Shown: one piece after another, positions 37,862 to 47,895 of the stretch
Layout: every line of letters starts with the position of its first letter
Numbering within the stretch: the first letter of the stretch is position 1
DNA from: Burkholderiales bacterium
GTDB taxonomy: Bacteria > Pseudomonadota > Gammaproteobacteria > Burkholderiales > SG8-39
NCBI GenBank assembly: GCA_035476235.1
Contig: DATILQ010000257.1
Coordinates: 1 to 63,156, forward strand
Reading direction: 5' to 3'
DNA length: 63,156 nt
Notes under the pieces: model-generated
Database searches by the model: none
What the model was told of the DNA's origin: nothing
Seen by the model: the letters and a program-made list of their open reading frames with translations, nothing else
Translations under genes and position numbers: made by a program

Positions 37862-37977
37862 GCTCTCTCCCTGTCTTGTTGATTGAGCTACCGGGCGTTG
37901 ACCCGAGCCATGCCTGGAACTCCACGACCCCGCCGCCCTATGGCGAAACAGACAGCCTGAATCCAAACACAGGTGCG

Positions 37978-38006
37978 CTTTTACGCGCCCCGCCGGGCTG
38001 CGTCAA
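37978..38006 (-). promoter_or_regulatory. Candidate sigma70 promoter for csp (TTGACG-17-TAAAAG), implying a 5' UTR of about 110 nt
   Basis: Read on the minus strand. A long 5' UTR is typical of csp genes. Confidence 0.35.
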
Positions 38007-38216
38007 GGGCCGTGCCGGAAGTGTCGCTTGTGCGCCAACGCCGTGATAAAGCACCGCATTCTGCGCCGAATGTTCCCACCGTCGCATTGCATGACCCCCC
38101 TACATTGATTAGGATAGACCGCAGGCAGCGACTGAAACTGACGCGGGAACGGAGCGGGAACGGGCGAGCACGGAGATTGTCCGACTTCGGAGGGCACGGG
38201 CGCGTAGCAAGGCGGC

Positions 38217-38522
38217 ATGGCGCAGTTTAAGGACGACACCATACTGGAGGCGCAGCGCGGCAAGCTGAAGCCTCCACCGATGTTCAAGGTCATGCTGCTG
38301 AATGATGACTACACGCCGATGGAGTTCGTAGTGGTGGTGCTGCAGAAGTTCTTCGGCATGACGCGGGAGCGGGCTACGCAGGTCATGCTGAAGGTGCATC
38401 GGGAAGGCATTGGAGTCTGTGGGGTCTATCCCCACGACGTCGCCGCCACCAAGGTGCAGCAAGTAGCGGCGTATTCCCGAAAGCACCAGCACCCGCTACA
38501 GTGTGTGATGGAAGAAACGTAA
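38217..38522 (+). CDS. clpS: ATP-dependent Clp protease adaptor ClpS
   Basis: It has [25 protein letters not shown].....A...ML.VH..G and lies immediately upstream of clpA. Confidence 0.92.
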   Translation: MAQFKDDTILEAQRGKLKPPPMFKVMLLNDDYTPMEFVVVVLQKFFGMTRERATQVMLKVHREGIGVCGVYPHDVAATKVQQVAAYSRKHQHPLQCVMEET

Positions 38523-38562
38523 CGGCAGGAACAGACGTGAAAGCAGAAGGAAACGCAGGGAA

Positions 38563-40824
38563 ATGATCGCCCAGGAGCTTGAAGTCAGCCTGCACATGGC
38601 GTTTGTCGAGGCGCGGCAGAAGCGCCACGAATTCATCACCGTCGAGCACCTGCTCCTCGCGCTGCTGGACAACCCGACCGCCGCCGAGGTGCTGCGCGCC
38701 TGCGGCGCCAACATGGACGAGCTGCGCAAGAACCTGACGCAGCACATCGCCGAGCAGACGCCGCGGATCGCCGCCGACCGCGAGGTCGACACCCAGCCGA
38801 CGCTGGGCTTCCAGCGCGTAATCCAGCGCGCCATCCTGCACGTCCAGTCCTCGGGCAAGAAAGAGGTCACCGGAGCGAACGTCCTGGTCGCCATTTTCGG
38901 CGAGAAAGACTCGCACGCGGTGTATTTCCTCCAGCAGCAGGGCATCGCGCGGCTCGACGTCGTCAACTACATTTCGCACGGCATCACCAAGACGCCGCAG
39001 GCCCATCAGGGCAAGGGCGAGCAGGAGGCCGACCAGGAAGGCCAGGCCGAGACCTCGAACAGCCCGCTCGACAACTACACGCAGAACCTGAACGCGCTGG
39101 CGCTCGCCGGCAAGATCGATCCGCTGATCGGCCGCGACACGGAGCTCGAGCGCGTGGTGCAGACGCTGTGCCGCCGGCGTAAGAACAACCCGCTGCTGGT
39201 CGGCGAGGCCGGCGTGGGCAAGACCGCCATCGCCGAGGGCCTGGCGCGGCGCATCGTCGAGGGCAACGTGCCGGACCTGCTCGCCAAGTGCACCGTGTAC
39301 GCGCTCGACATGGGCGCGCTGCTGGCCGGCACGAAATACCGCGGCGACTTCGAGCAGCGCCTGAAGGCGGTGCTGAAGCAGCTCGTCGACAACCCCAACG
39401 CGATCCTGTTCATCGACGAGATCCATACGGTGATCGGCGCCGGCGCCGCCTCCGGCGGCACGCTGGATGCGTCCAATCTGCTCAAGCCGGTGCTTTCCAC
39501 CGGCCAGCTGAAGTGCATCGGCGCCACGACCTACAACGAGTACCGCGGCGTGTTCGAGAAAGACCATGCCCTGTCGCGCCGCTTCCAGAAGATCGACGTC
39601 GTCGAGCCGTCGGTCGACGAGACGGTGGAGATCCTAAAGGGCCTGAAGACCCGCTTCGAGGCCCACCATAGCGTCAAGTACACCGCCAACGCGCTGACGA
39701 CCGCCGCCGAGCTGTCGGCGCGCTACATCAACGACCGCCACCTGCCCGACAAGGCCATCGACGTCATCGACGAAGCCGGCGCGGCGCAGCGCATCGCGCC
39801 CAAGGCGAAGCAGAAGAAGATCATCGGCAAGTCCGAGATCGAGGAGATCATCGCCAAGATCGCGCGCATCCCGCCGCGCAGCGTTTCGACCGACGACCGC
39901 AGCACGCTCGCCAACCTCGACCGCGACCTCAAGGCCGTGGTGTTCGGCCAGGACCAGGCGATCGACGCCCTGGCCTCGGCGATCAAAATGGCGCGCTCGG
40001 GCCTCGGCAATCCGCAGAAGCCGATCGGCAACTTCCTGTTCTCGGGACCCACCGGCGTCGGCAAGACGGAGGTGGCGCGGCAGCTGGCCTACTGCATGGG
40101 CATCGAGCTGATCCGTTTCGACATGTCCGAGTACATGGAGCGGCACGCGGTGTCGCGCCTGATCGGCGCGCCGCCGGGATATGTCGGCTTCGAGCAGGGC
40201 GGCCTGCTCACCGAGGCGATCACCAAGAAGCCGTACTCGATATTGCTGCTCGACGAGATCGAGAAGGCGCACCCGGACATCTTCAACGTGCTGCTGCAGG
40301 TAATGGACCACGGCACGCTCACCGACAACAATGGCAGGAAGGCGGACTTCCGCAACGTGTGCATCGTCATGACTACGAACGCGGGCGCCGAGTCGCTGGC
40401 GAAGACCCAGATGGGATTCACACCGTCGGTGCAGCCGGGCGACGAGATGGAGGCGATCAAGCGGATGTTCACCCCCGAGTTCCGCAACCGCCTGGATGCA
40501 ATCATCTCGTTCCGTGCGCTCAACCACGAAATCATCATGCGAGTGGTCGACAAGTTCCTGATGCAGCTCGACGAGCAGCTTGCGGAGAAGAAGGTCGAAG
40601 CGCAGTTCACCCAGAGCCTGAAGGAGCACCTGGCGAAGAAGGGCTTCGATCCGCTGATGGGCGCGCGGCCCATGGCGCGGCTCATCCAGGACACGATCCG
40701 GCGAGCGCTGGCCGACGAGCTGCTTTTCGGGCGGCTTCAGCACGGCGGCAGGGTAACCATCGATGTCGGCGACGAAGAGAAGATCAAGCTGAAGTTCGAG
40801 GAAGAAACGGCTTCCGTCGCCTGA
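38563..40824 (+). CDS. clpA: ATP-dependent Clp protease ATP-binding subunit ClpA
   Basis: It has two AAA+ modules (GEAGVGKTAIAEGLA, GPTGVGKTEVARQLA) and a Clp_N repeat. The size is 753 aa. Confidence 0.95.
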   Translation: MIAQELEVSLHMAFVEARQKRHEFITVEHLLLALLDNPTAAEVLRACGANMDELRKNLTQHIAEQTPRIAADREVDTQPTLGFQRVIQRAILHVQSSGKKEVTGANVLVAIFGEKDSHAVYFLQQQGIARLDVVNYISHGITKTPQAHQGKGEQEADQEGQAETSNSPLDNYTQNLNALALAGKIDPLIGRDTELERVVQTLCRRRKNNPLLVGEAGVGKTAIAEGLARRIVEGNVPDLLAKCTVYALDMGALLAGTKYRGDFEQRLKAVLKQLVDNPNAILFIDEIHTVIGAGAASGGTLDASNLLKPVLSTGQLKCIGATTYNEYRGVFEKDHALSRRFQKIDVVEPSVDETVEILKGLKTRFEAHHSVKYTANALTTAAELSARYINDRHLPDKAIDVIDEAGAAQRIAPKAKQKKIIGKSEIEEIIAKIARIPPRSVSTDDRSTLANLDRDLKAVVFGQDQAIDALASAIKMARSGLGNPQKPIGNFLFSGPTGVGKTEVARQLAYCMGIELIRFDMSEYMERHAVSRLIGAPPGYVGFEQGGLLTEAITKKPYSILLLDEIEKAHPDIFNVLLQVMDHGTLTDNNGRKADFRNVCIVMTTNAGAESLAKTQMGFTPSVQPGDEMEAIKRMFTPEFRNRLDAIISFRALNHEIIMRVVDKFLMQLDEQLAEKKVEAQFTQSLKEHLAKKGFDPLMGARPMARLIQDTIRRALADELLFGRLQHGGRVTIDVGDEEKIKLKFEEETASVA

Positions 40825-40845
40825 CCCGGCAAGGGAGGGGCCAGC

Positions 40846-41148
40846 ATGATTCCGAGAGTGGCGCTTGGGGCGGTGCTCGCATGGGCCGCGTTCGCCGTCA
40901 ACGCGCAGGACGACGCGGTCGCGCGCAGCCTGGCTGCCACCTGCGCCAACTGTCACGGCACCGATGGGCGCAGCGTGACCAAGGAGGTCCCCGCGCTCGC
41001 CGGGCAGCCGAAGGAGTTCCTGGTGTCGCAGATGAGGGCCTTCCAGGAGGGCAAGCGCCCCGCCACCGTAATGCACCAGATCGCCAAGGGCTATACCGAC
41101 GCGCAGATCGACCTGCTCGCCGGGTACCTCTCGGCGCAGAAGAAATGA
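40846..41148 (+). CDS. fccA: Monoheme cytochrome c (small subunit of flavocytochrome c sulfide dehydrogenase)
   Basis: It has a signal peptide, a single CANCH heme motif and a distal Met (VMHQIAKGY). It lies directly upstream of fccB. Confidence 0.7.
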   Translation: MIPRVALGAVLAWAAFAVNAQDDAVARSLAATCANCHGTDGRSVTKEVPALAGQPKEFLVSQMRAFQEGKRPATVMHQIAKGYTDAQIDLLAGYLSAQKK

Positions 41149-41155
41149 GGCGACC

Positions 41156-42406
41156 ATGAGACGCAGAGATTTCCTGAAGCTCGCCGGCGCAGTGTCGCTC
41201 GCCGGCTGCGCCAGCACGGCGTCGTCGAAGGCCCGCGTCGTCGTCATCGGCGGGGGCTACGGCGGTGCCACCGCCGCCAAGTACATCCGGCTGTGGGACC
41301 CCTCGATCGAGGTGGTGATGGTCGAGCGGGAGAACGTCTTTACTTCCTGCCCGATCTCGAACCTCGTGCTGGGCGGGTACCGGAGCATGGACGATATCCG
41401 CCGCGGCTACGACGGCCTGCGCACGCATGGCGTGCAGATCGTGAACGACGAGGCCACCGCTATCGACACCGCAAAAAAAGTGGTGCGGCTGCAGCGGGGC
41501 GGCGATCTGACGTACGACCGGCTCATCGTGTCGCCCGGGGTGGATTTCCTCTTCGGCGAAGTCGAGGGCTACGCGGACGCGATGAACTCCGGGCGCGTTC
41601 TCCACGCCTGGAAAGCCGGGTCGCAGACCGTAGAGCTGCGCAAGCAGCTGGTCGCGATGAAGGACGGCGGCGTCTACGTGCTATCGGTACCGACCGCGCC
41701 GTACCGCTGTCCGCCGGGCCCGTACGAGCGCACCTGCCAGGTAGCGAGCTACTTCAAGCAGGCAAAGCCACGCTCGAAGGTACTGGTGCTCGACGCCAAT
41801 CCGGACGTGATGTCCAAAGGTCCGCTGTTCAAGCGCGCGTGGGAGGATCTCTACAAGGGGATCGTCGAATATCGTCCCGGACAGAAGGCCGTCGGCATCG
41901 AAGCCGGGGGCATGGCGGTGAAGCTGGAGTTCGACAGTGTCCGCGGCGACGTCCTCAACGTCGTGCCGCCGCACCGCGCCGGCGACATCGCCGTGAAAGC
42001 GGGCCTGATCACGCACAACAACCGCTGGTGCGACGTCGACTGGCGCACGCTCGAGTCCAAGGCGGTCAAGGGCGTGCACGTGCTCGGCGATTCGACGCTG
42101 TCGGCCTCCGCCATGCCGAAATCCGGGCACATGGCCAATCAGCACGCGAAGGTGTGCGCGGACGCCGTGGTCGCGCTCCTTAGCGGCCGCGAGCCCAATC
42201 CCAGCCCGGTGATGAACAACACCTGCTACAGCTTCGTGTCGGACAAGGAAGTGATCCATGTCGCGTCGGTGCACCAATGGGACGCCGGTCAGGGCACGCT
42301 GCTTCCGGTGAAGGGCGCTGGCGGCGTCTCCAGCGCGCGCTCGGAGCTCGAGGGTCAGTACGCCTGGTCCTGGGCCCAGAACATCTGGGCCGATATGCTG
42401 ACTTAG
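41156..42406 (+). CDS. fccB: Flavocytochrome c sulfide dehydrogenase flavoprotein subunit (FccB/SoxF-like)
   Basis: It has a Tat motif (RRRDFLK), FAD-binding [16 protein letters not shown], and FCSD-like C-terminal sequence. Confidence 0.8.
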   Translation: MRRRDFLKLAGAVSLAGCASTASSKARVVVIGGGYGGATAAKYIRLWDPSIEVVMVERENVFTSCPISNLVLGGYRSMDDIRRGYDGLRTHGVQIVNDEATAIDTAKKVVRLQRGGDLTYDRLIVSPGVDFLFGEVEGYADAMNSGRVLHAWKAGSQTVELRKQLVAMKDGGVYVLSVPTAPYRCPPGPYERTCQVASYFKQAKPRSKVLVLDANPDVMSKGPLFKRAWEDLYKGIVEYRPGQKAVGIEAGGMAVKLEFDSVRGDVLNVVPPHRAGDIAVKAGLITHNNRWCDVDWRTLESKAVKGVHVLGDSTLSASAMPKSGHMANQHAKVCADAVVALLSGREPNPSPVMNNTCYSFVSDKEVIHVASVHQWDAGQGTLLPVKGAGGVSSARSELEGQYAWSWAQNIWADMLT

Positions 42407-42849
42407 CGCCCGGTGCTACCGAAGCCGCCTGCGCCGCGCGAGCTGGCGGCGAACTCTTCGACCACTTCGAACTCGACCTGGGCCACCGGGACCACGACCA
42501 GTTGGGCGATGCGATCGAGCGGCTGGATGGTGAACGCGCTCTTGCCGCGGTTCCACACCGAGACCAGCACTTCGCCCTGATAGTCTGAATCGATCAAGCC
42601 GACCAGGTTGCCGAGCACGATGCCGTGCTTCGAGCCGAGACCGGACCGCGGCAGGAGCATCGCTGCATAGCCAGGATCGCCAAGGTGAATCGCGATTCCC
42701 GCGCGTACCAGGTGGCTGTCCCCGGCATGCAGCGTGAGCGGCGCATCGATGCAGGCGCGCAGGTCCAGGCCGGCCGCTCCAGCCGTCGCGTAACGCGGCA
42801 GCATGCTGCGAATCCTCTCGTCGAGGATCCTGACCTCGAGCCGCCTCAT
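42403..42849 (-). CDS. dut: dUTP diphosphatase
   Basis: It has [31 protein letters not shown] and GFGSTG. Its ATG overlaps the coaBC stop (ATGA). Confidence 0.92.
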   Translation of the reverse strand: MRRLEVRILDERIRSMLPRYATAGAAGLDLRACIDAPLTLHAGDSHLVRAGIAIHLGDPGYAAMLLPRSGLGSKHGIVLGNLVGLIDSDYQGEVLVSVWNRGKSAFTIQPLDRIAQLVVVPVAQVEFEVVEEFAASSRGAGGFGSTGR

Positions 42850-44036
42850 TTCTTCGGCGGCAGCATGCCGGCGACGTGCTCGACGAGCTTGCGCGCCAGC
42901 TCGAGCTTCGCGCCCGTACCGAGCGGATGCTCGCCGCGATCGTCGTACAGGACGATCGAGTTCGTATCCGCTCCGAGGGCGTCCTGCACCAGATTGGCCG
43001 CCAGCAAGGGCAGGTTCTTCGTGGCCCGCTTTTCCTTCGCATGCTCGGCCAGCTTCTCGCTCTCGGCGGCGAATCCGACGCAGAACGGGCCGTTCTTCAT
43101 TCCCGCCACATAGGCGAGGATGTCGGGATTCTCCGCCAGCTCGAGGGTCACGGCGCGGCCGTTCGCCTTCTTGATCTTTTGCGTCGTGGGGTTCTTCACC
43201 TTGTAATCGGCCACGGCCGCCACGGAGATGAACACGTCGCTCGACGGCGCGCGTGTCTTGACCGCTTCGAACATCTCCTGCGCCGTACGCACGTCTATCC
43301 GCGCCACGCCGGCGGGCGTTGCCAGTGACACCGGGCCACTCACCAGGGTGACTTCGGCGCCGGCTTCCTGGGCGGCGCGCGCCACGGCGTAACCCATTTT
43401 CCCCGAGCTCGCGTTGGTCAGCACCCGGACCGGGTCGATGGGCTCCTCGGTCGGACCCGCCGTCACGAGCACGCGTTTGCCCGCCAGCCGCTTGGGAGCA
43501 AAGAAGGCCTCGATCTCGGCTGCGATCTGCGCCGGCTCGAGCATTCGGCCATAACCGGTTTCGCCGCACGCCTGGTCGCCTGCCGCCGGGCCCTCGATCA
43601 GCACGCCGTCATCGCGCAGCACCCCTAGATTGCGTTGCGTCGCAGGGTTCTGCCACATCTCTACGTTCATTGCCGGCGCGAGCATCAGCGGGCAGCGTCT
43701 GGCGACGCAAAGGGTGGCGAGCAGGTCGTCGGCAAGGCCGTGCGCCACTTTCGCCATGAAGTCCGCGCTCGCGGGCGCCACGACGATCAGTTCGCGGTCA
43801 CGGGACAGCTCTATGTGACCCATGGCGTCGGGCACGCGCTGGTCCCACAGGTCGCTCCAGACCGGCTGGTTGGAGAGCGCCTGGAAGGTCACAGGGGTCA
43901 CGAAGCGTGTCGCGGCCTCGGTCATCGCTACGCGCACGTCGGCGCCGGCGCGGACCAGCAGGCGCACGAGCGCAGCCGCCTTGTAGGCGGCGATTCCGCC
44001 GGTGATGCCGAGCAGGATGCGCTTGCCTTTCAACAT
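42846..44036 (-). CDS. coaBC: Bifunctional phosphopantothenoylcysteine decarboxylase / phosphopantothenate-cysteine ligase
   Basis: It begins [13 protein letters not shown] and has PAMN..MW and ITN.SSGKMG. The size is 396 aa. Confidence 0.92.
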   Translation of the reverse strand: MLKGKRILLGITGGIAAYKAAALVRLLVRAGADVRVAMTEAATRFVTPVTFQALSNQPVWSDLWDQRVPDAMGHIELSRDRELIVVAPASADFMAKVAHGLADDLLATLCVARRCPLMLAPAMNVEMWQNPATQRNLGVLRDDGVLIEGPAAGDQACGETGYGRMLEPAQIAAEIEAFFAPKRLAGKRVLVTAGPTEEPIDPVRVLTNASSGKMGYAVARAAQEAGAEVTLVSGPVSLATPAGVARIDVRTAQEMFEAVKTRAPSSDVFISVAAVADYKVKNPTTQKIKKANGRAVTLELAENPDILAYVAGMKNGPFCVGFAAESEKLAEHAKEKRATKNLPLLAANLVQDALGADTNSIVLYDDRGEHPLGTGAKLELARKLVEHVAGMLPPKK

Positions 44037-44098
44037 GTCATCGGGCGCGTGCCGGCCGCGTTATCAGGGAAGCCGATTCTAAGGGAAACCCCCCCGGT

Positions 44099-44770
44099 AT
44101 GGCGATTTCGGACTGGCCCATCGCCGAGCGGCCGCGCGAGCGGCTGCTCGCCAAGGGAGCCGCAATACTGAGCGATGCGGAGCTGCTTGCCGTACTGCTG
44201 CGTACCGGGCTGCGCGGCAAAAGCGCAGTGGAGCTCGCCCGGGAGCTTCTCGAGCAGTTCGATGGGCTCACGGGATTGTTCAGCGCAGGGGACGAACTCG
44301 CGAAGGTGAAAGGCCTCGGGGCGGCCAAGCGTGCGCAATTCGCGGCCGCGATTGAACTCGCCCGCCGCTCGATTGAAGAGAAGCTCCAATCAGGGGCAGC
44401 GCTGACTTCTCCCGGGGCAGTGCGCGACTACTTGCGGCTTGCCCTGGGAGGAAAGCCGCACGAGGTCTTCGTGTGCATCTGGCTTGACGCGCAGCACCGC
44501 GTCATCAAATTCGACGAGCCGTTCCGCGGCACCCTGACGCAGACCAGCGTCTATCCGCGGGAAATTGTGAAGGCGGCGCTCAAAGCCAACGCCGCCGCCG
44601 TGATCTTCGCTCATAACCATCCGTCCGGCGCCGCGCAGCCGAGCCAGGCCGATGAGCTGCTCACCCGTAACCTCAAGGAGGCTTTGGCGCTCGTGGACGT
44701 GAAGGTCCTCGACCACTTCATCGTCGCCGGCAACCACGCTCTGTCCTTCGCCGAGCGGGGATTGTTGTAG
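44099..44770 (+). CDS. radC: RadC-family JAB/MPN domain protein
   Basis: It has ERPRERL...G...[13 protein letters not shown] and the HNHPSG JAMM motif. Confidence 0.85.
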   Translation: MAISDWPIAERPRERLLAKGAAILSDAELLAVLLRTGLRGKSAVELARELLEQFDGLTGLFSAGDELAKVKGLGAAKRAQFAAAIELARRSIEEKLQSGAALTSPGAVRDYLRLALGGKPHEVFVCIWLDAQHRVIKFDEPFRGTLTQTSVYPREIVKAALKANAAAVIFAHNHPSGAAQPSQADELLTRNLKEALALVDVKVLDHFIVAGNHALSFAERGLL

Positions 44771-44804
44771 TAGAATCCGCGCCTTTGCCGTTCCGGAGAA
44801 TCCG

Positions 44805-45044
44805 ATGTCCCGCGTCTGCCAAGTCACCGGCAAGAAGCCCATGAAGGGCCACCTCGTGTCGCACGCCAATAACAAGACGATCCGCACCTTCCAGCCCAAT
44901 CTGCATTACCGCCGCTTCTGGTTGGAAAGCCAGAACCGCTGGGTCCGCCTGCGAGTATCGACCGCCGGGCTGCGCCGTATCGACAAGCTCGGGGTCGAGG
45001 CGGTTCTCGCCGAGATCAAGGCGAAAGCCAAGCCCAGGGCATAA
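44805..45044 (+). CDS. rpmB: 50S ribosomal protein L28
   Basis: It begins [27 protein letters not shown]. Confidence 0.95.
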   Translation: MSRVCQVTGKKPMKGHLVSHANNKTIRTFQPNLHYRRFWLESQNRWVRLRVSTAGLRRIDKLGVEAVLAEIKAKAKPRA

Positions 45045-45053
45045 GGAGGAACC

Positions 45054-45209
45054 ATGCGCGAAAAGATCAAGCTCGAGTCGTCCGCCGGGACCGGTCACTT
45101 CTACACAACTACCAAGAACAAGCGCACCACGCCCGACAAGCTGGAGATCAAGAAGTACGATCCAAAGGCCCGAAAACACGTGCTTTACAAGGAAACGAAG
45201 CTGAAATAA
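45054..45209 (+). CDS. rpmG: 50S ribosomal protein L33 (not in the ORF track because it is under 60 aa)
   Basis: My own translation is [58 protein letters not shown] lies 7 nt upstream of the ATG. Confidence 0.92.
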   Translation: MREKIKLESSAGTGHFYTTTKNKRTTPDKLEIKKYDPKARKHVLYKETKLK

Positions 45210-45210
45210 A

Positions 45211-45235
45211 AAGCCCGCCGAAGCGGGCTTTTTTG
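45211..45235 (+). terminator. Rho-independent terminator of rpmB-rpmG
   Basis: The stem AAGCCCGC / GCGGGCTT has a CGAA loop and is followed by a run of six T's. Confidence 0.85.
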
Positions 45236-45262
45236 TCTGGGGCGCGGGCCCAGCCCCTACAT

Positions 45263-46393
45263 CTAGGCGTAGGAGCGCAGGCGCTGCGAGAAATCCACCA
45301 GTGACGCGATGCCGCTGGCTTCGGCGCGACGGCACCAGTCCTGCAATTGCCGCAGCAGTTGCTCTTTGGACGCGCTGGAGCGCTCCCACAGCGCGGCCAG
45401 CTCATGACGCATTGCGACGACCGTTGCGAGGGCGCGAGATTTCTTCAGCACCTCGGCCAGCCTCGCGCGCTCGGCGCCGGCGAGCGCCTGTCCACGCAGC
45501 AGCGCCCGCCGCAGCGAGTGCAGCACCTCTGCGTCGCGCGGCGACCAATGCTTCAACCACTCGATCTCTTCGGCATAGGTGCGGCGCACCGACTTGGCAT
45601 AACGGGATAGCACGTCATACCGGTTGGAGATCACGGCGTGCAGCGTCTCGAGGTCGGCAGCGGCTTTCGGACGCGCGAAACGCGGCTTGGGCGCGAGCTT
45701 TTTTACCGTAGCCAGCCCAAGCGCCTGCAGAACGCAGATGTACACCCAGCCGACATCGATCTCGTACCACTTCGAAGACAGCTTGGCCGACGAAGCAAAA
45801 GCATGATGGTTGTTGTGCAACTCCTCGCCGCCGATGAGGATCCCCCAGGGGACGATGTTGGTGCTCGCGTCGGCGACGTCATAGCTGCGATAGCCAAAGA
45901 AGTGGCCCACGCCGTTGATCACGCCCGCGGCCCAGAACGGGATCCACGCGATCTGCGCGAGCCAGATCAGGACACCGGGCACCGCTCCGAAGAGCAGTAG
46001 GTCGGTTGCGAGCATCAGGAACACGCCGAAGACCGAGCACCGGGTGTACAGGTTGCGCTCCATCCAGTCGTCCGGCGTACCGTGCCCGTAGCGCTCCAGC
46101 GTTTCCTTGTTGAACGACTCTTTCACATACAGGAATACGCCAGCCCAGAGCACGCGATTGATCCCGTAAATCTGCGGGCTGTGCGGATCCTCGACGGTTT
46201 CGCACTTGGCATGGTGCTTGCGATGGATGGCGGCCCATTCCTTGGTGACCATGCCGGTGGTGAGCCACAGCCAGAAGCGGAAGAAGTGCGATATGAGCGG
46301 ATGCAGCTCGAGCGCGCGATGCGCCTGGCAGCGGTGGAGATAGATCGTTACCGCCGCGATGGTGACGTGCGTCAGTGCGAGCGCGGCCAGCAC
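45263..46393 (-). CDS. Membrane fatty-acid (acyl-CoA/acyl-lipid delta-9-type) desaturase with a C-terminal extension
   Basis: It has the His boxes HRCQAHR, HRKHH and HNNHH. The GTG at 46393 is the first canonical start, but conserved-looking N-terminal residues continue upstream (see findings). Confidence 0.8.
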   Translation of the reverse strand: MLAALALTHVTIAAVTIYLHRCQAHRALELHPLISHFFRFWLWLTTGMVTKEWAAIHRKHHAKCETVEDPHSPQIYGINRVLWAGVFLYVKESFNKETLERYGHGTPDDWMERNLYTRCSVFGVFLMLATDLLLFGAVPGVLIWLAQIAWIPFWAAGVINGVGHFFGYRSYDVADASTNIVPWGILIGGEELHNNHHAFASSAKLSSKWYEIDVGWVYICVLQALGLATVKKLAPKPRFARPKAAADLETLHAVISNRYDVLSRYAKSVRRTYAEEIEWLKHWSPRDAEVLHSLRRALLRGQALAGAERARLAEVLKKSRALATVVAMRHELAALWERSSASKEQLLRQLQDWCRRAEASGIASLVDFSQRLRSYA

Positions 46394-46491
46394 GTAACCC
46401 CACCAGGGGAGATCCAGCAGACCGGAGAACAGCGTCAGTTTGAGTTGCCTTCAATGATGATTAAGTAGGCGCGGCCATTCTACGCGAAATG

Positions 46492-46507
46492 GGGGCTGCC
46501 GAGCCCC
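46492..46507 (-). terminator. Weak hairpin (GGGGCT-gccg-AGCCCC) downstream of the porin gene
   Basis: It has a 6-bp GC stem. Only a short TTT follows on the minus strand. Confidence 0.3.
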
Positions 46508-46563
46508 AAAGATACGTAAGTTATCTTGCGGAAAGAGGAATTTATTCACATCCTGCGCTCGCG

Positions 46564-47883
46564 CTACAGCTCTGTGTGGAACCGAAAGCTGAAAAAGTCC
46601 GCCGGGCCGCGGTCGCGGTTATAGCCCGGGTTCGCGATGCGCTGATAGCCGAGGGAGACGTACGTCTTCTTCGCGACCGCCAGGCTGTAAAAGACCTCGA
46701 GGATCCGCTCCGTCGCGTAATTCAAGCGCCCGTCGCCGAGGAAGAAGCCCAGCCCGCCCGCGGCGAGGTAATCGCGATGCGGCCGCGAAAGCCCATTGAT
46801 GTAAGCCGCAACACCTGCGGTGTCCTCGGGCCGACCCCAGCCGCCTCCTTTGACGAGCCCACCCGCCGCGAGCGAACGATCAATCTCCGTGAACATGAAA
46901 GTCTCGGTCTTGCCGTCGCTCCAGCCCGCGCGCACATACGCGCCCAAGCTTTCGCCCAATTCCACCTGTGTGCTCAAGCCAAAACCCTGTTTCGATTGCG
47001 CGTGGCGCACCAGCGACAAATCGGGCACCGTGCCCGTTGCCGCACCTGAAGCAATCGCATCGTCAAACGCGCCAGAATTGACCCGATTGCGAAACCACAA
47101 CGCTCTCGCGATCGCGGAGCGTCCTGCAACCTTGTAGGGTACTTCGAGTTCTGCGACGTCACCGTAACGCCGCATGAAGGCTTGGTCCAAGCGTAATCCG
47201 TTCGACTCCACCGGCACGAGGAAACGCCCGGCGCGCGCTTGGAAGCGCGGCGTAATGTATTCGGCGGCAGCTCCCCAGGTGTAACCGCGTGCGTCGGCGG
47301 GGTAATCCCACGCGCCGTATGTGAGCGAAGACCAGTTCATGAACTGGGTGCGCGGATCGTGGCTGTATTCCAGCACGTCGAAGACGTCCAACACCGACAG
47401 GTTTCCGGCGGTGAGGACAAAGCGCTCGGCTGCGTAGCGCGTGCTCACCTGGTTCAGATCCGACTCCTTCTCCTCGATCTCGCCAGCAAGATTCCAGGTG
47501 TGACGCGCGAAAAGCCGTGCCCGGTAGCCTCTCAACTGTTGTCCGGTAGTGCGCTGGATCTCGCCGTTCGTAAAGCCGCCCGTTCCCTGCAACTGCGAGA
47601 ACGCAAATCCCTGAACGAACTCCGGATTGAAATAGAGCTCGGTCGCGTCGCCCAGCCGCGCGCCGAGGAAAAGCGTCCCAGTAAGCGTGTAACTCCACGC
47701 CCGCTCGGGGTCCAAGCTATGGGGACCGCTGTATGGCGCGGGGAAGGACGGCTTGTATTGCCGGATGTAGGTAGCCTGTCCATGGACGTCCAGCGCGGAC
47801 TCGGGCAGGTCGGCAGCGAAGGCCGGGCCCGCGCAGAGAATCGCTATGCAGGCCAGGCCTCGCATTGGGCGCGAATATAGCAA
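46564..47883 (-). CDS. OprB-family carbohydrate-selective porin
   Basis: It has a signal peptide, an alternating beta-strand pattern and a C-terminal F (FHTEL-like end). Motifs such as YSGPHSL, GFTNGEIQR and DYPADARGYTWG recall OprB (COG3659). Confidence 0.72.
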   Translation of the reverse strand: MLYSRPMRGLACIAILCAGPAFAADLPESALDVHGQATYIRQYKPSFPAPYSGPHSLDPERAWSYTLTGTLFLGARLGDATELYFNPEFVQGFAFSQLQGTGGFTNGEIQRTTGQQLRGYRARLFARHTWNLAGEIEEKESDLNQVSTRYAAERFVLTAGNLSVLDVFDVLEYSHDPRTQFMNWSSLTYGAWDYPADARGYTWGAAAEYITPRFQARAGRFLVPVESNGLRLDQAFMRRYGDVAELEVPYKVAGRSAIARALWFRNRVNSGAFDDAIASGAATGTVPDLSLVRHAQSKQGFGLSTQVELGESLGAYVRAGWSDGKTETFMFTEIDRSLAAGGLVKGGGWGRPEDTAGVAAYINGLSRPHRDYLAAGGLGFFLGDGRLNYATERILEVFYSLAVAKKTYVSLGYQRIANPGYNRDRGPADFFSFRFHTEL

Positions 47884-47895
47884 CTTCCGGCGTTC

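Noticed and set aside
38087-38115. A possible clpS promoter (TTGCAT-17-TAGGAT) and the nearby direct repeat GCGGGAACGG x2 (about 38142-38163).
   Set aside because: The match to consensus is weak (3/6 and 4/6) and the repeat is short. I cannot distinguish either from chance without TSS data.
46508-46527. A small palindrome, AAGATA-N7-TATCTT, in the A/T-richer gap between the porin and desaturase genes.
   Set aside because: It has only 6-bp arms in an A/T-rich patch. It could be part of the desaturase promoter or operator, but nothing else supports that.
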